32,000 bases of DNA, from assembly GCA_046759445.1 (NCBI GenBank), contig JBHICG010000025.1, positions 4,625-36,624 of the forward strand, written 5' to 3'. The notes under the pieces are model-generated. The model did no database searches. It had not been told where the DNA came from and saw only the letters and a list, made by a program, of their open reading frames with translations. Position 1 is the stretch's first letter; each line of letters begins with the position of its first letter. The translations under genes were made by a program, and so were the position numbers. Of the stretch, positions 18,478 to 27,612 are shown in pieces. The stretch is from Candidatus Scalinduaceae bacterium (GTDB lineage Bacteria; Planctomycetota; Brocadiia; Brocadiales; Scalinduaceae).

Positions 18478-19932
18478 ATGGCTATCTCCTTAAATGATTT
18501 CCCCTCAAACAAATCCCAAATAAAATCGAAATACGACGTAATCATATTAGGTGCTGGTATTGGCGGATTAATCTGCGGAGCTTTCTTAGCAAAAAGTGAA
18601 AAAAAAGTGCTCATTATCGAACAACACAGTATACCCGGAGGTTATTGCACTTCTTTCAAAAGAAAGGGTTTTATTTTTGATGCAGCAGTCCATCACATCG
18701 GTGGATGCGGAAAATGGAGTATAGTTGGTAGAAGTCTTAAGGAATTGGATATAAACATTAATTTTTTAAGACTTGACCCTATGGACAGTATAAATTTTCC
18801 TTCTTTTTCTATAGATATTCCTGCCGAACTTGACGATTACATAAATTTGCTAAAACAAAATTTCCCATCCGAAAGTGAAAATTTGTCATCCTTTTTTAAA
18901 GAATTTGTCGGGCTTTATAGATCTACAGTTAGAATTGAAGGAAGCAAATTGCTAACTAAATACAAAGACACCACTTACAAAGAAATGTTAGATAAGTTTT
19001 TTGCTGACGAGAAACTCAAAATGACCCTATCTGCACAGTGGGGTTACATAGGCTCAAAACCTCATGAGGTATCGGCTATTGGAATGTGCCAAATGCTGGT
19101 GAATTACTTAAAAGATGGAGCTTTCTACCCTATGGGAAGTACTCAAAAATTCGCAGACGCAATAGCTCAAAAATTTATTGACTATGGTGGTCAAATTATG
19201 TTATCCTCTTTGGTAAACAAGATATACACAAAAGATGCACTTGCAAAAGGAGTTATAACAGATAAAGGGAAAGAGTTTTTTACTGATATTCTTGTCTCTA
19301 ATATCGACCCAAAACAAACATTTTTCAAATTAATAGAAGAAAAGGAAGTTAATAATTCCTATCTTCACAAGATCCAGTCAATGAAAGAAAGTATTTCATT
19401 TTTTTTATTATATCTGGGTCTTGATGGAGACATTGACTTAAAATCACTAAAAAGAGGTTTCTACCATACATCTGATGATATAAATTTTTCCAATGGATGG
19501 TTTTATATATCCATTCCTACAGAAATTGATCCAAATCTTGCCCCTGACAAAAAACAAATAATTACTATCGTTGCATCATTAAAAAGCAAATATGATGATA
19601 TAAAAGATTGGGCTGCCTTTAAAGAGAAAATGAAGAAACATACAATAAATTATTTAGAAAATTTTATTCCTAATATCCAAAACCATATTGAGGTAATCGA
19701 AACCGCAACACCAAAGACGCTTAATCGTTACACACTTAACTCAAAAGGCGCAGCTTATGGTTGGGCTGTTACCGTTGACCAAACATGGTCTAAAAGGCTC
19801 CAGCACACAACACCCCTCAAGAATATTTTTCTGGCAGGGCATTGGACAAACCCAGGACCAGGGATATGTGCGGTTGTATCTTCCGGTTGGAAGGTTGCTA
19901 ATCTGATTTTAAGTAGGAGGATAAAAAAATGA
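18478..19932 (+). CDS. FAD-dependent oxidoreductase, phytoene desaturase (CrtI/CrtD)-like
   Basis: 484 aa. N-terminal Rossmann dinucleotide motif YDVIILGAGIGGLICGAFLAKSEKKVLIIEQHSIPGGY. C-terminal FLAGHWTNPGPGI, typical of the CrtI/amine-oxidase superfamily. Starts 6 nt after the upstream stop. Confidence 0.8.
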   Translation: MAISLNDFPSNKSQIKSKYDVIILGAGIGGLICGAFLAKSEKKVLIIEQHSIPGGYCTSFKRKGFIFDAAVHHIGGCGKWSIVGRSLKELDININFLRLDPMDSINFPSFSIDIPAELDDYINLLKQNFPSESENLSSFFKEFVGLYRSTVRIEGSKLLTKYKDTTYKEMLDKFFADEKLKMTLSAQWGYIGSKPHEVSAIGMCQMLVNYLKDGAFYPMGSTQKFADAIAQKFIDYGGQIMLSSLVNKIYTKDALAKGVITDKGKEFFTDILVSNIDPKQTFFKLIEEKEVNNSYLHKIQSMKESISFFLLYLGLDGDIDLKSLKRGFYHTSDDINFSNGWFYISIPTEIDPNLAPDKKQIITIVASLKSKYDDIKDWAAFKEKMKKHTINYLENFIPNIQNHIEVIETATPKTLNRYTLNSKGAAYGWAVTVDQTWSKRLQHTTPLKNIFLAGHWTNPGPGICAVVSSGWKVANLILSRRIKK

Positions 19933-21395
19933 GGAAAATGATGCTCATAAATCCACACCCCCCAGGACGACATGGTGAGGAAAGTATAACCGTCATTGTA
20001 CAAATGCCACTTAATCTGGCTTATATTGCTGCCCTTACGCCGGGAGATTGGGAGTTTGACGTAATCGATGAGAATATAGAAAATGCTATTGATGAAAATG
20101 GTGAAATAACCTTTGAACCTGTTGATTTGGTATGTATTACTTCCGTTACCTATCAAGTAGCAAGCGCCTATAAGATAGCTGAAGCATGTAGAAGAAAAGG
20201 TATGACCGTAATCCTTGGTGGAATACATGCCTCCGTAATGCCTGATGAAGCATCTAAATATGTTGATGCCGTGTTTACGGGAGAAGCAGAAGCACTCTGG
20301 CCACAGGTAATAAAAGACTTTGAAAATGGTCAACTCAAAAAGGTTTATAATGGCGGTCTGCCAGCCTTGTCAGAAATGAAGCATGTTTTTCCCAACAGAG
20401 AACTCATGAAAAAGAAATATAACTATAAGTTTTCCTCTATCGTTACAACAAAGGGTTGTCCAAATTACTGTGATTTTTGCAGTGTACCAACCTTCCAGGG
20501 AAAAAAATTCAGGGAAAGGCCGTATGAAGATGTTCTCGATGAGATGGAGGCAACTGATTACAAGGGATTAATGTTTGCTGAAGATAATTTCTACGGCCAT
20601 AGTAAAAACTCCGCTAATAGAGCAAAGGCACTCTGGCGCGGAATGATTGAAAGAGGTATCGAAAAAGACTGGCTTGGATTTACGGCACTAAATATATCAC
20701 AGGATTCAGAGGCACTAGACCTTATGGCCAAGAGTGGAAATTTTGGATTTCTCTGCGGAATAGAATCAACAAATGAGGTTGTCTTAAAGAAGATGAATAA
20801 AAGGGTAAATCTAAGGCTTGGCACAGATAGTTATTTTGACTGCATTCAAAAGATTCACGATCACGGTCTTATCGTCTGGGGATCTATAGTCTTAGGAGCA
20901 GATGGAGACGATAAGGATTCTTTTAAAAGGATGACAGAATTTGTATTGGAAAACAACATTGACGTTCTTACTTTTGGTATCAATTGTCCATTTCCACAAA
21001 CTGAACTTTATCATAGATTAGATTCAGAAAAGAGGCTTTTCCGTAAGAATTATCCTGAAGACTGGAAATATTACGATACCGCACATGTAGTTCACAGATT
21101 TGTTGACATGACGTTAGAAAATTTTATTGATGGTATGCAATATATGTATGACCATCTTTATGCCGGTGACAACCTGAGAAAACGCTTTAGAAAATCAGCT
21201 AAAACAATTGGTAGTACAAGACATGGCAAACGCAATGCTATGTTTGCCTTCCGTGTCGGCTCTGACTGGCAACAGGTCTTTGAACAGGTACTGGAAAATC
21301 TACATAAACTATACGATTCTGGAGACTATTATCAAGACTGGTATAAAAGCAGCACAGTATCAACTCATGTAGAAAATGGTGTTACCGTAAGTTAA
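19929..21395 (+). CDS. B12-binding-domain radical SAM enzyme
   Basis: 488 aa. N-terminal cobalamin-binding-like Rossmann segment (DLVCITSVTYQVASAYKIAEACRRKGMTVILGGIHAS), then the radical SAM cluster motif KGCPNYCDFCSV. Its ATG overlaps the upstream stop (ATGA at 19929-19932). Confidence 0.85.
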   Translation: MRKMMLINPHPPGRHGEESITVIVQMPLNLAYIAALTPGDWEFDVIDENIENAIDENGEITFEPVDLVCITSVTYQVASAYKIAEACRRKGMTVILGGIHASVMPDEASKYVDAVFTGEAEALWPQVIKDFENGQLKKVYNGGLPALSEMKHVFPNRELMKKKYNYKFSSIVTTKGCPNYCDFCSVPTFQGKKFRERPYEDVLDEMEATDYKGLMFAEDNFYGHSKNSANRAKALWRGMIERGIEKDWLGFTALNISQDSEALDLMAKSGNFGFLCGIESTNEVVLKKMNKRVNLRLGTDSYFDCIQKIHDHGLIVWGSIVLGADGDDKDSFKRMTEFVLENNIDVLTFGINCPFPQTELYHRLDSEKRLFRKNYPEDWKYYDTAHVVHRFVDMTLENFIDGMQYMYDHLYAGDNLRKRFRKSAKTIGSTRHGKRNAMFAFRVGSDWQQVFEQVLENLHKLYDSGDYYQDWYKSSTVSTHVENGVTVS

Positions 21396-21756
21396 ACACT
21401 CTTATACCTTCATTAGAATAAAAATGATGCTATATTTGGTCATTCGTCAATAAATACTTTTTATTTTAGTCAAACCAATCTCTCCTAAATCCTCAAACAA
21501 AAACCATATAGACAGAAAGCACATAATACTAACCGTAAAATAATTGTGTTTTTGTTTTCATCTTGCAATCACGTATATGTATACTACATACCTTTTGTTA
21601 AGCGGTAGTTTAATGGCTTGATATTATATTTTCTCTTGCTTTGGTGATTGCATCTTTGTTAGATTAATAACTTTATGGAAACGCTTATTAAAACCATAAC
21701 TAATTGTATATTAAATGAAACTTATTATATAACCTTAAACAAATTTAGGAGGAAAA

Positions 21757-22290
21757 ATGGACAGTCTTAAAAATCGTATTATTAGGGCGGCAAAGCTGGA
21801 TGCTCACCTTTATGAAGAAGTAGAGGCAGACAAGAGTGCAATGAGTCAAGCCATGTTGGTTGTTGTTCTATCAGGTGTTGCAGCAGGTCTGGGAACTCTA
21901 GTAAAAGGGGGATTTTTAGGGATTTTACTTGGAACAATAACGGCCCTTGTTGGATGGTACATATGGGCGCTTCTTACCTTCTTGATTGGTACGAAGCTCT
22001 TGCCAGAACCTCAAACTAAGTCTGACATTGGTGAGTTGTTGAGAACTATTGGTTTCTCAAGCGCACCGGGATTGATTAGGGTATTTGGTGTTATTCCAGG
22101 AATAGAAGAGCTAGTCTTTTTTGTTGCTGCAATTTGGATGCTGGCAGCAATGGTAGTCGCAGTAAGGCAAGCCCTCGATTACACATCAACATTACGCGCT
22201 GTAGGCGTATGTGTGATTGGCTGGATTATTCAAATTTTAATTTTCATTTCATTATTTTATATTCTGGGCGGGTCACCAGGAACAACTTAA
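21757..22290 (+). CDS. Yip1-domain-like integral membrane protein
   Basis: 177 aa. An amphipathic N-terminus (LDAHLYEEVEADKSAMSQA) is followed by about 5 hydrophobic helices. A strong AGGAGG sits 5 nt upstream of the ATG. The family call is from recalled sequence pattern only. Confidence 0.5.
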   Translation: MDSLKNRIIRAAKLDAHLYEEVEADKSAMSQAMLVVVLSGVAAGLGTLVKGGFLGILLGTITALVGWYIWALLTFLIGTKLLPEPQTKSDIGELLRTIGFSSAPGLIRVFGVIPGIEELVFFVAAIWMLAAMVVAVRQALDYTSTLRAVGVCVIGWIIQILIFISLFYILGGSPGTT

Positions 22291-22395
22291 TGCCACTTTT
22301 CCTAAAAATATTTAATGAGTCAACTATAGCAAATGTGTTGTTATTGTAAAAACATTTGCATGGGCGACAATGCCCGCAAACCTACCACCTTAAAA

Positions 22396-23169
22396 ATGGC
22401 ATATAACAATTTAAAAGCAGTAGCTATCATACCTGCAAGATATGCATCAACCAGGCTACCCGGTAAGCTTATTAAATACGAAGCCAAAAAATACACGGGA
22501 AAATTTCTCATAGAGCATGTGTATGAAAAGGTAAGAGAGGCAAAAAACATTCAGGAAGTCATTATTGCAACAGATGATAAACGTATTTCCGAGGCAGTAT
22601 ACCAATTTGGTGGACATGTTAAAATGACGTCTGTTAATCATAAATCAGGTACTGATAGAATCGCTGAGGTAGCATCTAATTTAGATGCAGACTTTATAGT
22701 AAACATTCAGGGAGATGAGCCAGACGTTAGAGGAGACATGATAGATGCACTGATTAGGGCAATGTACGCTGAAAAAGAAGCAACCGTTTGCACACTGGCA
22801 AACGAAATAAGGTCTAAAGATGAACTCATCGATCCAAACATCGTAAAAGTTGTTCTAGACAAAGATGGTTATGCTATGTATTTTTCCAGAGCCTCTATAC
22901 CGTATATCAGGGATGGAAACAACAGCCCTAAATTTTCATCATTCCACTTCTTGAGGCACCTCGGTATATATATATACCGTAAAGATTTCTTGCTAGGGTT
23001 CTCAAACCTTCCTGTACCAGCGATAGAAGAGGCAGAAAAATTGGAACAACTCAGGGTTCTTTCAAATGGATACAAAATCAAGGTTGTTATCACACCTTAC
23101 ACATGTGAAGGCGTAGATACACCTGATGATTTTGAGAAATTCTTGGACAAATATCGGATTAAAACTTAG
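22396..23169 (+). CDS. kdsB: 3-deoxy-manno-octulosonate cytidylyltransferase (CMP-KDO synthetase)
   Basis: AVAIIPARYASTRLPGKL and IVNIQGDEP are hallmark KdsB motifs. The track ORF begins at 22333, but its first 21 residues (MCCYCKNICMGDNARKPTTLK) look non-homologous. ATG 22396 gives the usual length of about 257 aa. Confidence 0.88.
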   Translation: MAYNNLKAVAIIPARYASTRLPGKLIKYEAKKYTGKFLIEHVYEKVREAKNIQEVIIATDDKRISEAVYQFGGHVKMTSVNHKSGTDRIAEVASNLDADFIVNIQGDEPDVRGDMIDALIRAMYAEKEATVCTLANEIRSKDELIDPNIVKVVLDKDGYAMYFSRASIPYIRDGNNSPKFSSFHFLRHLGIYIYRKDFLLGFSNLPVPAIEEAEKLEQLRVLSNGYKIKVVITPYTCEGVDTPDDFEKFLDKYRIKT

Positions 23170-23245
23170 ATTTTTTACTTTCAATCTACTTACTATAAAT
23201 ATAAGCAAAAAAACTATAATGGGTTATATAAATTTCTTATTATTC

Positions 23246-23272
23246 GTTATTCGAGCTACGCAGCCGAATAAC
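23246..23272 (+). terminator. Candidate stem-loop downstream of kdsB
   Basis: GTTATTCG (23246-23253) pairs with CGAATAAC (23265-23272), with an inner GCT/AGC extension. A TTTTT run follows 8 nt later (23281-23285). The spacing to the T-run is non-canonical. Confidence 0.3.
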
Positions 23273-23367
23273 ATCTGACGTTTTTAAATACAATAGCAGA
23301 ATCAGGTATTGAATGTATAATTTAAGATATTCTTTGATGAAAATTTATAGAATTTCCAAGAATTAGT

Positions 23368-24969
23368 ATGACAAAACACATATTTGTTACAGGTGGTGTT
23401 GTTTCTTCCCTCGGAAAGGGTCTTAATGCGGCATCAATCGGCATGCTTCTGGAAAGCCACGGCCTCAGCATAAGTTTACAGAAGTTTGATCCTTATGTTA
23501 ACGTTGACCCAGGCACAATGAGCCCATTTGAACATGGCGAGATCTATGTTACTGACGATGGCGCTGAGACAGATCTTGATTTGGGTCATTACGAAAGGTT
23601 TACAAATGCAGTTACGAATAAGAATTGCAATTTTACTACAGGCTCAATCTATTATTCAGTAATAACAAAGGAACGTCAGGGAAAATACCTGGGTAAGACG
23701 ATACAAGTAATCCCTCATATAACAAATGAGATTAAAGACTGTATAGGGAAGTTGGCAGGTCCAGGTACAGATGTGGTAATTTCTGAGATAGGAGGAATAG
23801 TAGGAGATATTGAAAGTCAGCCGTTTCTGGAAGCCATTAGACAATTTGGGCAAGAAGTAGGCAGAGAAAACGTCCTATATATACATTTAACACTTGTACC
23901 TTATCTCCGGGCTGCAGATGAGATAAAAACAAAACCTACACAACACAGTGTTGGCATGTTACGCCAGGCGGGCATAGAACCTGACATTTTAATATGCAGA
24001 ACGGAGAAACCGCTTGCCAGCGACATAAAAGAAAAACTATCCCTCTTCTGTAATGTAGACAAAGAATCAATTATAGAAGAAATGGACGTGAAACCTTACC
24101 TATATGAGATTCCTTTGCTGCTTGTCGAACAAGGACTTGACAAAATAATCTTAAGAAAACTTCAACTAAACACAAATGGAAATACCCTTACCAAATGGAC
24201 CAAGATGTTGGACACACTAAAGAATCCTCAAAATGTCACCGAAATTGCCATCGTTGGGAAATATATTGGACTCCAATCTGCATACGAATCGATTTACGAG
24301 GCATTAATACACGGAGGCATTAGTGGTTCCGCAAGGGTAATAGAAAGGAGAATAGAATCAGAAGATATAGAGAAGGATGGCGCAGAAAAACATCTTCAAG
24401 GATGCAAGGGAATCTTAATACCAGGTGGATTCGGGGAAAGAGGTATTGAAGGAAAGATAGAAGCGGTAAGATACGCAAGGGAGAATAAAATACCATACCT
24501 GGGATTGTGTCTGGGAATGCACTGTGCAACTATAGAATTTGCGAGAAATGTATGTAATCTGAAAGATGCAAACACTACTGAGTTAGACATTAATACACCA
24601 CACCCGGTTATATGTTTATTAGAGGAACAGAAGAATATTGTGAGTAAGGGCGCTACTATGAGGTTGGGTGCACAACAATGCAAGTTAGAGACAAATACAA
24701 TTGCTTATAAAAGTTACGGTCAGGAGTTAATTTCCGAACGACACAGGCACAGATATGAGTTTAATAACAAATACAAGGATATGTTTGCATCTGAGGGGTT
24801 TATTTTCAGCGGGTTCACGCTGGATGATGAATTAGTAGAAATAATCGAGCTGAAAGACCATCCGTGGTTTGTGGCAGTACAATTTCACCCTGAGTTTAAG
24901 TCCAAACCAACTAATCCACATCCGCTTTTCAAAGAATTTATTAAAGCTTCATTGGAAATCAATAAATGA
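23368..24969 (+). CDS. pyrG: CTP synthase
   Basis: 533 aa. N-terminus [16 protein letters not shown]. Glutamine amidotransferase nucleophile context GLCLGMH. C-terminal [10 protein letters not shown]. Confidence 0.95.
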   Translation: MTKHIFVTGGVVSSLGKGLNAASIGMLLESHGLSISLQKFDPYVNVDPGTMSPFEHGEIYVTDDGAETDLDLGHYERFTNAVTNKNCNFTTGSIYYSVITKERQGKYLGKTIQVIPHITNEIKDCIGKLAGPGTDVVISEIGGIVGDIESQPFLEAIRQFGQEVGRENVLYIHLTLVPYLRAADEIKTKPTQHSVGMLRQAGIEPDILICRTEKPLASDIKEKLSLFCNVDKESIIEEMDVKPYLYEIPLLLVEQGLDKIILRKLQLNTNGNTLTKWTKMLDTLKNPQNVTEIAIVGKYIGLQSAYESIYEALIHGGISGSARVIERRIESEDIEKDGAEKHLQGCKGILIPGGFGERGIEGKIEAVRYARENKIPYLGLCLGMHCATIEFARNVCNLKDANTTELDINTPHPVICLLEEQKNIVSKGATMRLGAQQCKLETNTIAYKSYGQELISERHRHRYEFNNKYKDMFASEGFIFSGFTLDDELVEIIELKDHPWFVAVQFHPEFKSKPTNPHPLFKEFIKASLEINK

Positions 24970-25011
24970 TATGTTGAAAAATATTTGATAAATTATGATG
25001 GAGGTTTAAAA

Positions 25012-25386
25012 ATGGGAGAAGAGGAAAAACTAGAACAGTCCGATTCGGGAAAAACTGTGGATGATGAATGGAAAAAAAAGGTTCAGGAAGAAAAAGAAAA
25101 GGTTAGCGAGAAAAAGCCATCACAAAAAACAAAGCAACAAATCCCCGAAGCAAGCTTCAGCTTATTTATATACAGCCTTGCCACACAAACATTAATAAAC
25201 TTAGGGGAAGTGGAAAACCCATTTAATAAGAAAAAAGAACAGGATTTAGATCAGGCAAAATTCACAATAGATACTATACAGATAATAAAAGACAAAACAA
25301 AAGGAAACCTTAGCGATGATGAGACTAAATATTTGGACTCTGTGCTCTATGATTTGAGCATGAAATATGTTGAAAAGAGTAAGTAA
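25012..25386 (+). CDS. DUF1844-like protein
   Basis: The track ORF starts at TTG 24985. ATG 25012 is preceded by GGAGG (25000-25004). A Lys/Glu-rich N-terminus is followed by EASFSLFIYSLATQTLINLGEVENPF...AKFTIDTIQIIKDKTKGNLSDDE...LYDLSMKYVE, which matches my recollection of the DUF1844 pattern. Confidence 0.55.
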   Translation: MGEEEKLEQSDSGKTVDDEWKKKVQEEKEKVSEKKPSQKTKQQIPEASFSLFIYSLATQTLINLGEVENPFNKKKEQDLDQAKFTIDTIQIIKDKTKGNLSDDETKYLDSVLYDLSMKYVEKSK

Positions 25387-25455
25387 TCTTTTCTATAGAA
25401 TTCCTTTTCAATAAAATGCTGATTATCCTTTAAAAAACACGGCAACCAGGCGTTG

Positions 25456-25680
25456 TCATAATATATTACGTGCTTCTTTTAGAAAATCTTCCTGAATTAT
25501 TTTCAAAAGATTTCTTGCTAGTTCGATATGACCCTTTTCTTCATTACTGATTGATTGTAAGGTATCAATGATGATTTTATCATCAAGTTCTTTGATACAA
25601 TCATCGTATAATGACTTGGCATCTTCTTCAAACTTTAGAACCCTTTGGAATATACTGGAAAGTGATTCACTAGAATACAT
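25456..25680 (-). CDS. Small helical protein, possible ferritin-like/rubrerythrin-like half-domain
   Basis: 74 aa, predicted two long helices. Helix 1 has LKFEEDAKSLY and helix 2 has NEEKGHIELARNLL (an ExxH motif), the arrangement used by di-iron four-helix-bundle proteins. Weak, motif-level evidence only. Confidence 0.3.
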   Translation of the reverse strand: MYSSESLSSIFQRVLKFEEDAKSLYDDCIKELDDKIIIDTLQSISNEEKGHIELARNLLKIIQEDFLKEARNIL

Positions 25681-25912
25681 TTTTATTACTCTCTTTTACA
25701 TCCTGTATTAATTTTTCTATTACATTTTTGTGTCTTTGTGTATCATCCCTTAATTTCGTTATTATTACCTTTATTTTCTCTTTTTTTTCTTCACTTAACC
25801 ACTCGTAATATTTAAGTGAGTTAATAGTATAATCATAGAAGTGATTGTTTGCTTCTTCTTCGCATTCCAGAGCGTTAAGTAGCGTTTTGATAAGGATTTT
25901 TTTCTTAATCAT
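25670..25912 (-). CDS. Small helical protein, paralogous in architecture to the downstream 74-aa gene
   Basis: 80 aa, two predicted helices (ALECEEEANNHFYDY and LRDDTQRHKNVIEKL). Its stop overlaps the downstream gene's start by 11 nt (ATGTATTCTAG). Coding status is supported mainly by that coupling and its helical periodicity. Confidence 0.3.
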   Translation of the reverse strand: MIKKKILIKTLLNALECEEEANNHFYDYTINSLKYYEWLSEEKKEKIKVIITKLRDDTQRHKNVIEKLIQDVKESNKNVF

Positions 25913-25962
25913 ATTTCATTACTATAACAAACAATCATTAAAGAAAACAAGTTTAAAAAAGA

Positions 25963-27507
25963 ATGAGTTATCCACTATTTGTTAAGAGAGATATAGATGG
26001 TTTTTTTGGTCTTGCCATCGATAATCTTATCCAATTAATACTCATTGTGAGTTTTTGCAAGACGCTTTGCGGTATGCCTGACGAACTTGTCTTCGGTGTA
26101 ATACTTCCCGGATCAGCTATTTCAATACTCCTGGGAAACCTTTTCTACTCATGGCAGGCAAGAAAGCTCGCAATCAAAACAAAAAGAAATGACGTAACAG
26201 CATTACCATACGGCATAAACACTGTTAGTCTTTTTGCCTTCATCTTCTTTATAATGCTTCCCGTTTATGAGGATACAAAAGACCCATACCTGGCATGGAA
26301 GATTGGAATGATTGCCTGTTTCCTTAGCGGAGTGATAGAGATGTTGGGGGCGTTGATTGGGGAAAGCCTGAGGCGGATTACTCCAAGGGCTGCCTTGCTG
26401 TCCACACTTGCGGGAATTGCAATTACATTTATTTCTATGGATTTTGCATTTAAGATATTTGAAAAACCCATAATAGCCCTGTTCCCGCTTGCGTTTATCC
26501 TTGTCCAGTATTTTTCAAAAGTAAGATTTCCATTGGGACTACCAGGAGGCCTAATTGCCATTGTCGTTGGCACAGGATTGGCCTGGCTGCTGGGTTATAT
26601 GGATGGTGGAAGCACTGTGACTGAAAATGGAGTCTTTCATTTTTCTCCACCGCACTTTAGCGGGGCAAGTATGATAGACATAATCCAGAGCAAATATATG
26701 CTTCAATATATATCTATCATTATTCCCATGGGAGTGTTCAATGTTGTGGGCTCTCTGCAAAATATTGAGAGTGCCGAGGCGGCAGGAGATAAGTATAACA
26801 CATTTTCATCACTATTAACTAATGGAATAGGTTCAGTTGTAGCATCAATATTTGGCAGTTGCTTCCCCACAACCATATATATAGGCCATCCCGGCTGGAA
26901 GGCAATAGGCGCCAGGGGCGGATATTCAATCCTGAACGGAATCTTTATAACAACCATATGTTTGACTGGATTTATAACCGTTATCCTCAAGGTTGTGCCA
27001 CTTGAAGCGGGAATAGGGATTTTATTATGGATAGGGATCGTAATAGTTGCACAGGCATTCCAGGAAACACCTAAACATCATGCTCCTGCCGTCGCCGTGG
27101 GTCTCTTCCCCGCAATTGCGGCATGGGGGTTGCTGATGGTTGAAAGTACTCTCAGGTCATCCGGGACTACCCTCTTTATCCTTGGCAAGGATGCATTTGC
27201 CAACAATCTGGCCATTCATGGAATGATATCACTCGAAAGAGGATTTATATTCACGTCCATGATACTAGCATCAATTTCAGTCTTTCTGATTGAAAAGAAA
27301 TTCCTGAGAGCATGTGCCTGGTCGCTTGGAGCAGCTCTGCTCTCTTACATAGGCGTTATCCATGCATACGCGCTCACACCTAATGGCGTGGTTAGTGTAT
27401 TTGGATTTGGGATGGCAAACGATTTCTCGATAGGTTATTGCTCCTTTGCCATACTATTCATTGCCATGTATTTTTATACACGTGGGAATGAGAAGATGTG
27501 TCCCTAA
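25963..27507 (+). CDS. Polytopic permease (possibly NCS2 / xanthine-uracil-vitamin C permease superfamily)
   Basis: 514 aa, about 12-14 hydrophobic helices throughout, noticeably more GC-rich than flanking DNA. The N-terminal DGFFGLAIDNLIQL pattern recalls a permease family annotated that way. The substrate is unknown. Confidence 0.45.
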   Translation: MSYPLFVKRDIDGFFGLAIDNLIQLILIVSFCKTLCGMPDELVFGVILPGSAISILLGNLFYSWQARKLAIKTKRNDVTALPYGINTVSLFAFIFFIMLPVYEDTKDPYLAWKIGMIACFLSGVIEMLGALIGESLRRITPRAALLSTLAGIAITFISMDFAFKIFEKPIIALFPLAFILVQYFSKVRFPLGLPGGLIAIVVGTGLAWLLGYMDGGSTVTENGVFHFSPPHFSGASMIDIIQSKYMLQYISIIIPMGVFNVVGSLQNIESAEAAGDKYNTFSSLLTNGIGSVVASIFGSCFPTTIYIGHPGWKAIGARGGYSILNGIFITTICLTGFITVILKVVPLEAGIGILLWIGIVIVAQAFQETPKHHAPAVAVGLFPAIAAWGLLMVESTLRSSGTTLFILGKDAFANNLAIHGMISLERGFIFTSMILASISVFLIEKKFLRACAWSLGAALLSYIGVIHAYALTPNGVVSVFGFGMANDFSIGYCSFAILFIAMYFYTRGNEKMCP

Positions 27508-27520
27508 CCAAGGGTAGGCA

Positions 27521-27612
27521 TAATCCCTGTTTAACGGTCGCTGTCCCTAGTTTCTGTCGTCCCTAGTTTCTGTCTAATCCCTGTTTAACGGTCGCTGTCC
27601 CTAGTTTCTGTC
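27521..27612. repeat. Tandem direct repeat (54-nt period) with nested 16-17-nt sub-repeat
   Basis: TAATCCCTGTTTAACGGTCGCTGTCCCTAGTTTCTGTC occurs identically at 27521-27558 and 27575-27612. The 16 nt between them (GTCCCTAGTTTCTGTC, 27559-27574) repeat the 3' part of the unit. A partial AATCCTGT follows at 27613. Confidence 0.9.

Noticed and set aside
19755-20333. 192-aa minus-strand ORF across the desaturase/radical SAM junction
   Set aside because: It is antisense to two strongly supported, translationally coupled genes, and its product is not recognisable.
21396-21756. Promoter or terminator elements in the 360-nt gap after the radical SAM gene
   Set aside because: I found only a 5-bp stem and a TTGCAA hexamer with no properly spaced -10 box. 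This is not strong enough to report as a feature.
22333-22395. N-terminal extension of kdsB from the track ORF start
   Set aside because: The first 21 residues (MCCYCKNICMGDNARKPTTLK) precede the conserved KdsB N-terminus and overlap the tail region of the upstream gene. The internal ATG at 22396 gives the canonical length.
27521-27612. Possible mini-CRISPR array
   Set aside because: There are only two full repeat copies. The 16-nt spacer is itself a duplicate of part of the repeat, the repeat has no palindromic core typical of CRISPR repeats, and no cas genes are in the window. I called it a tandem direct repeat instead.
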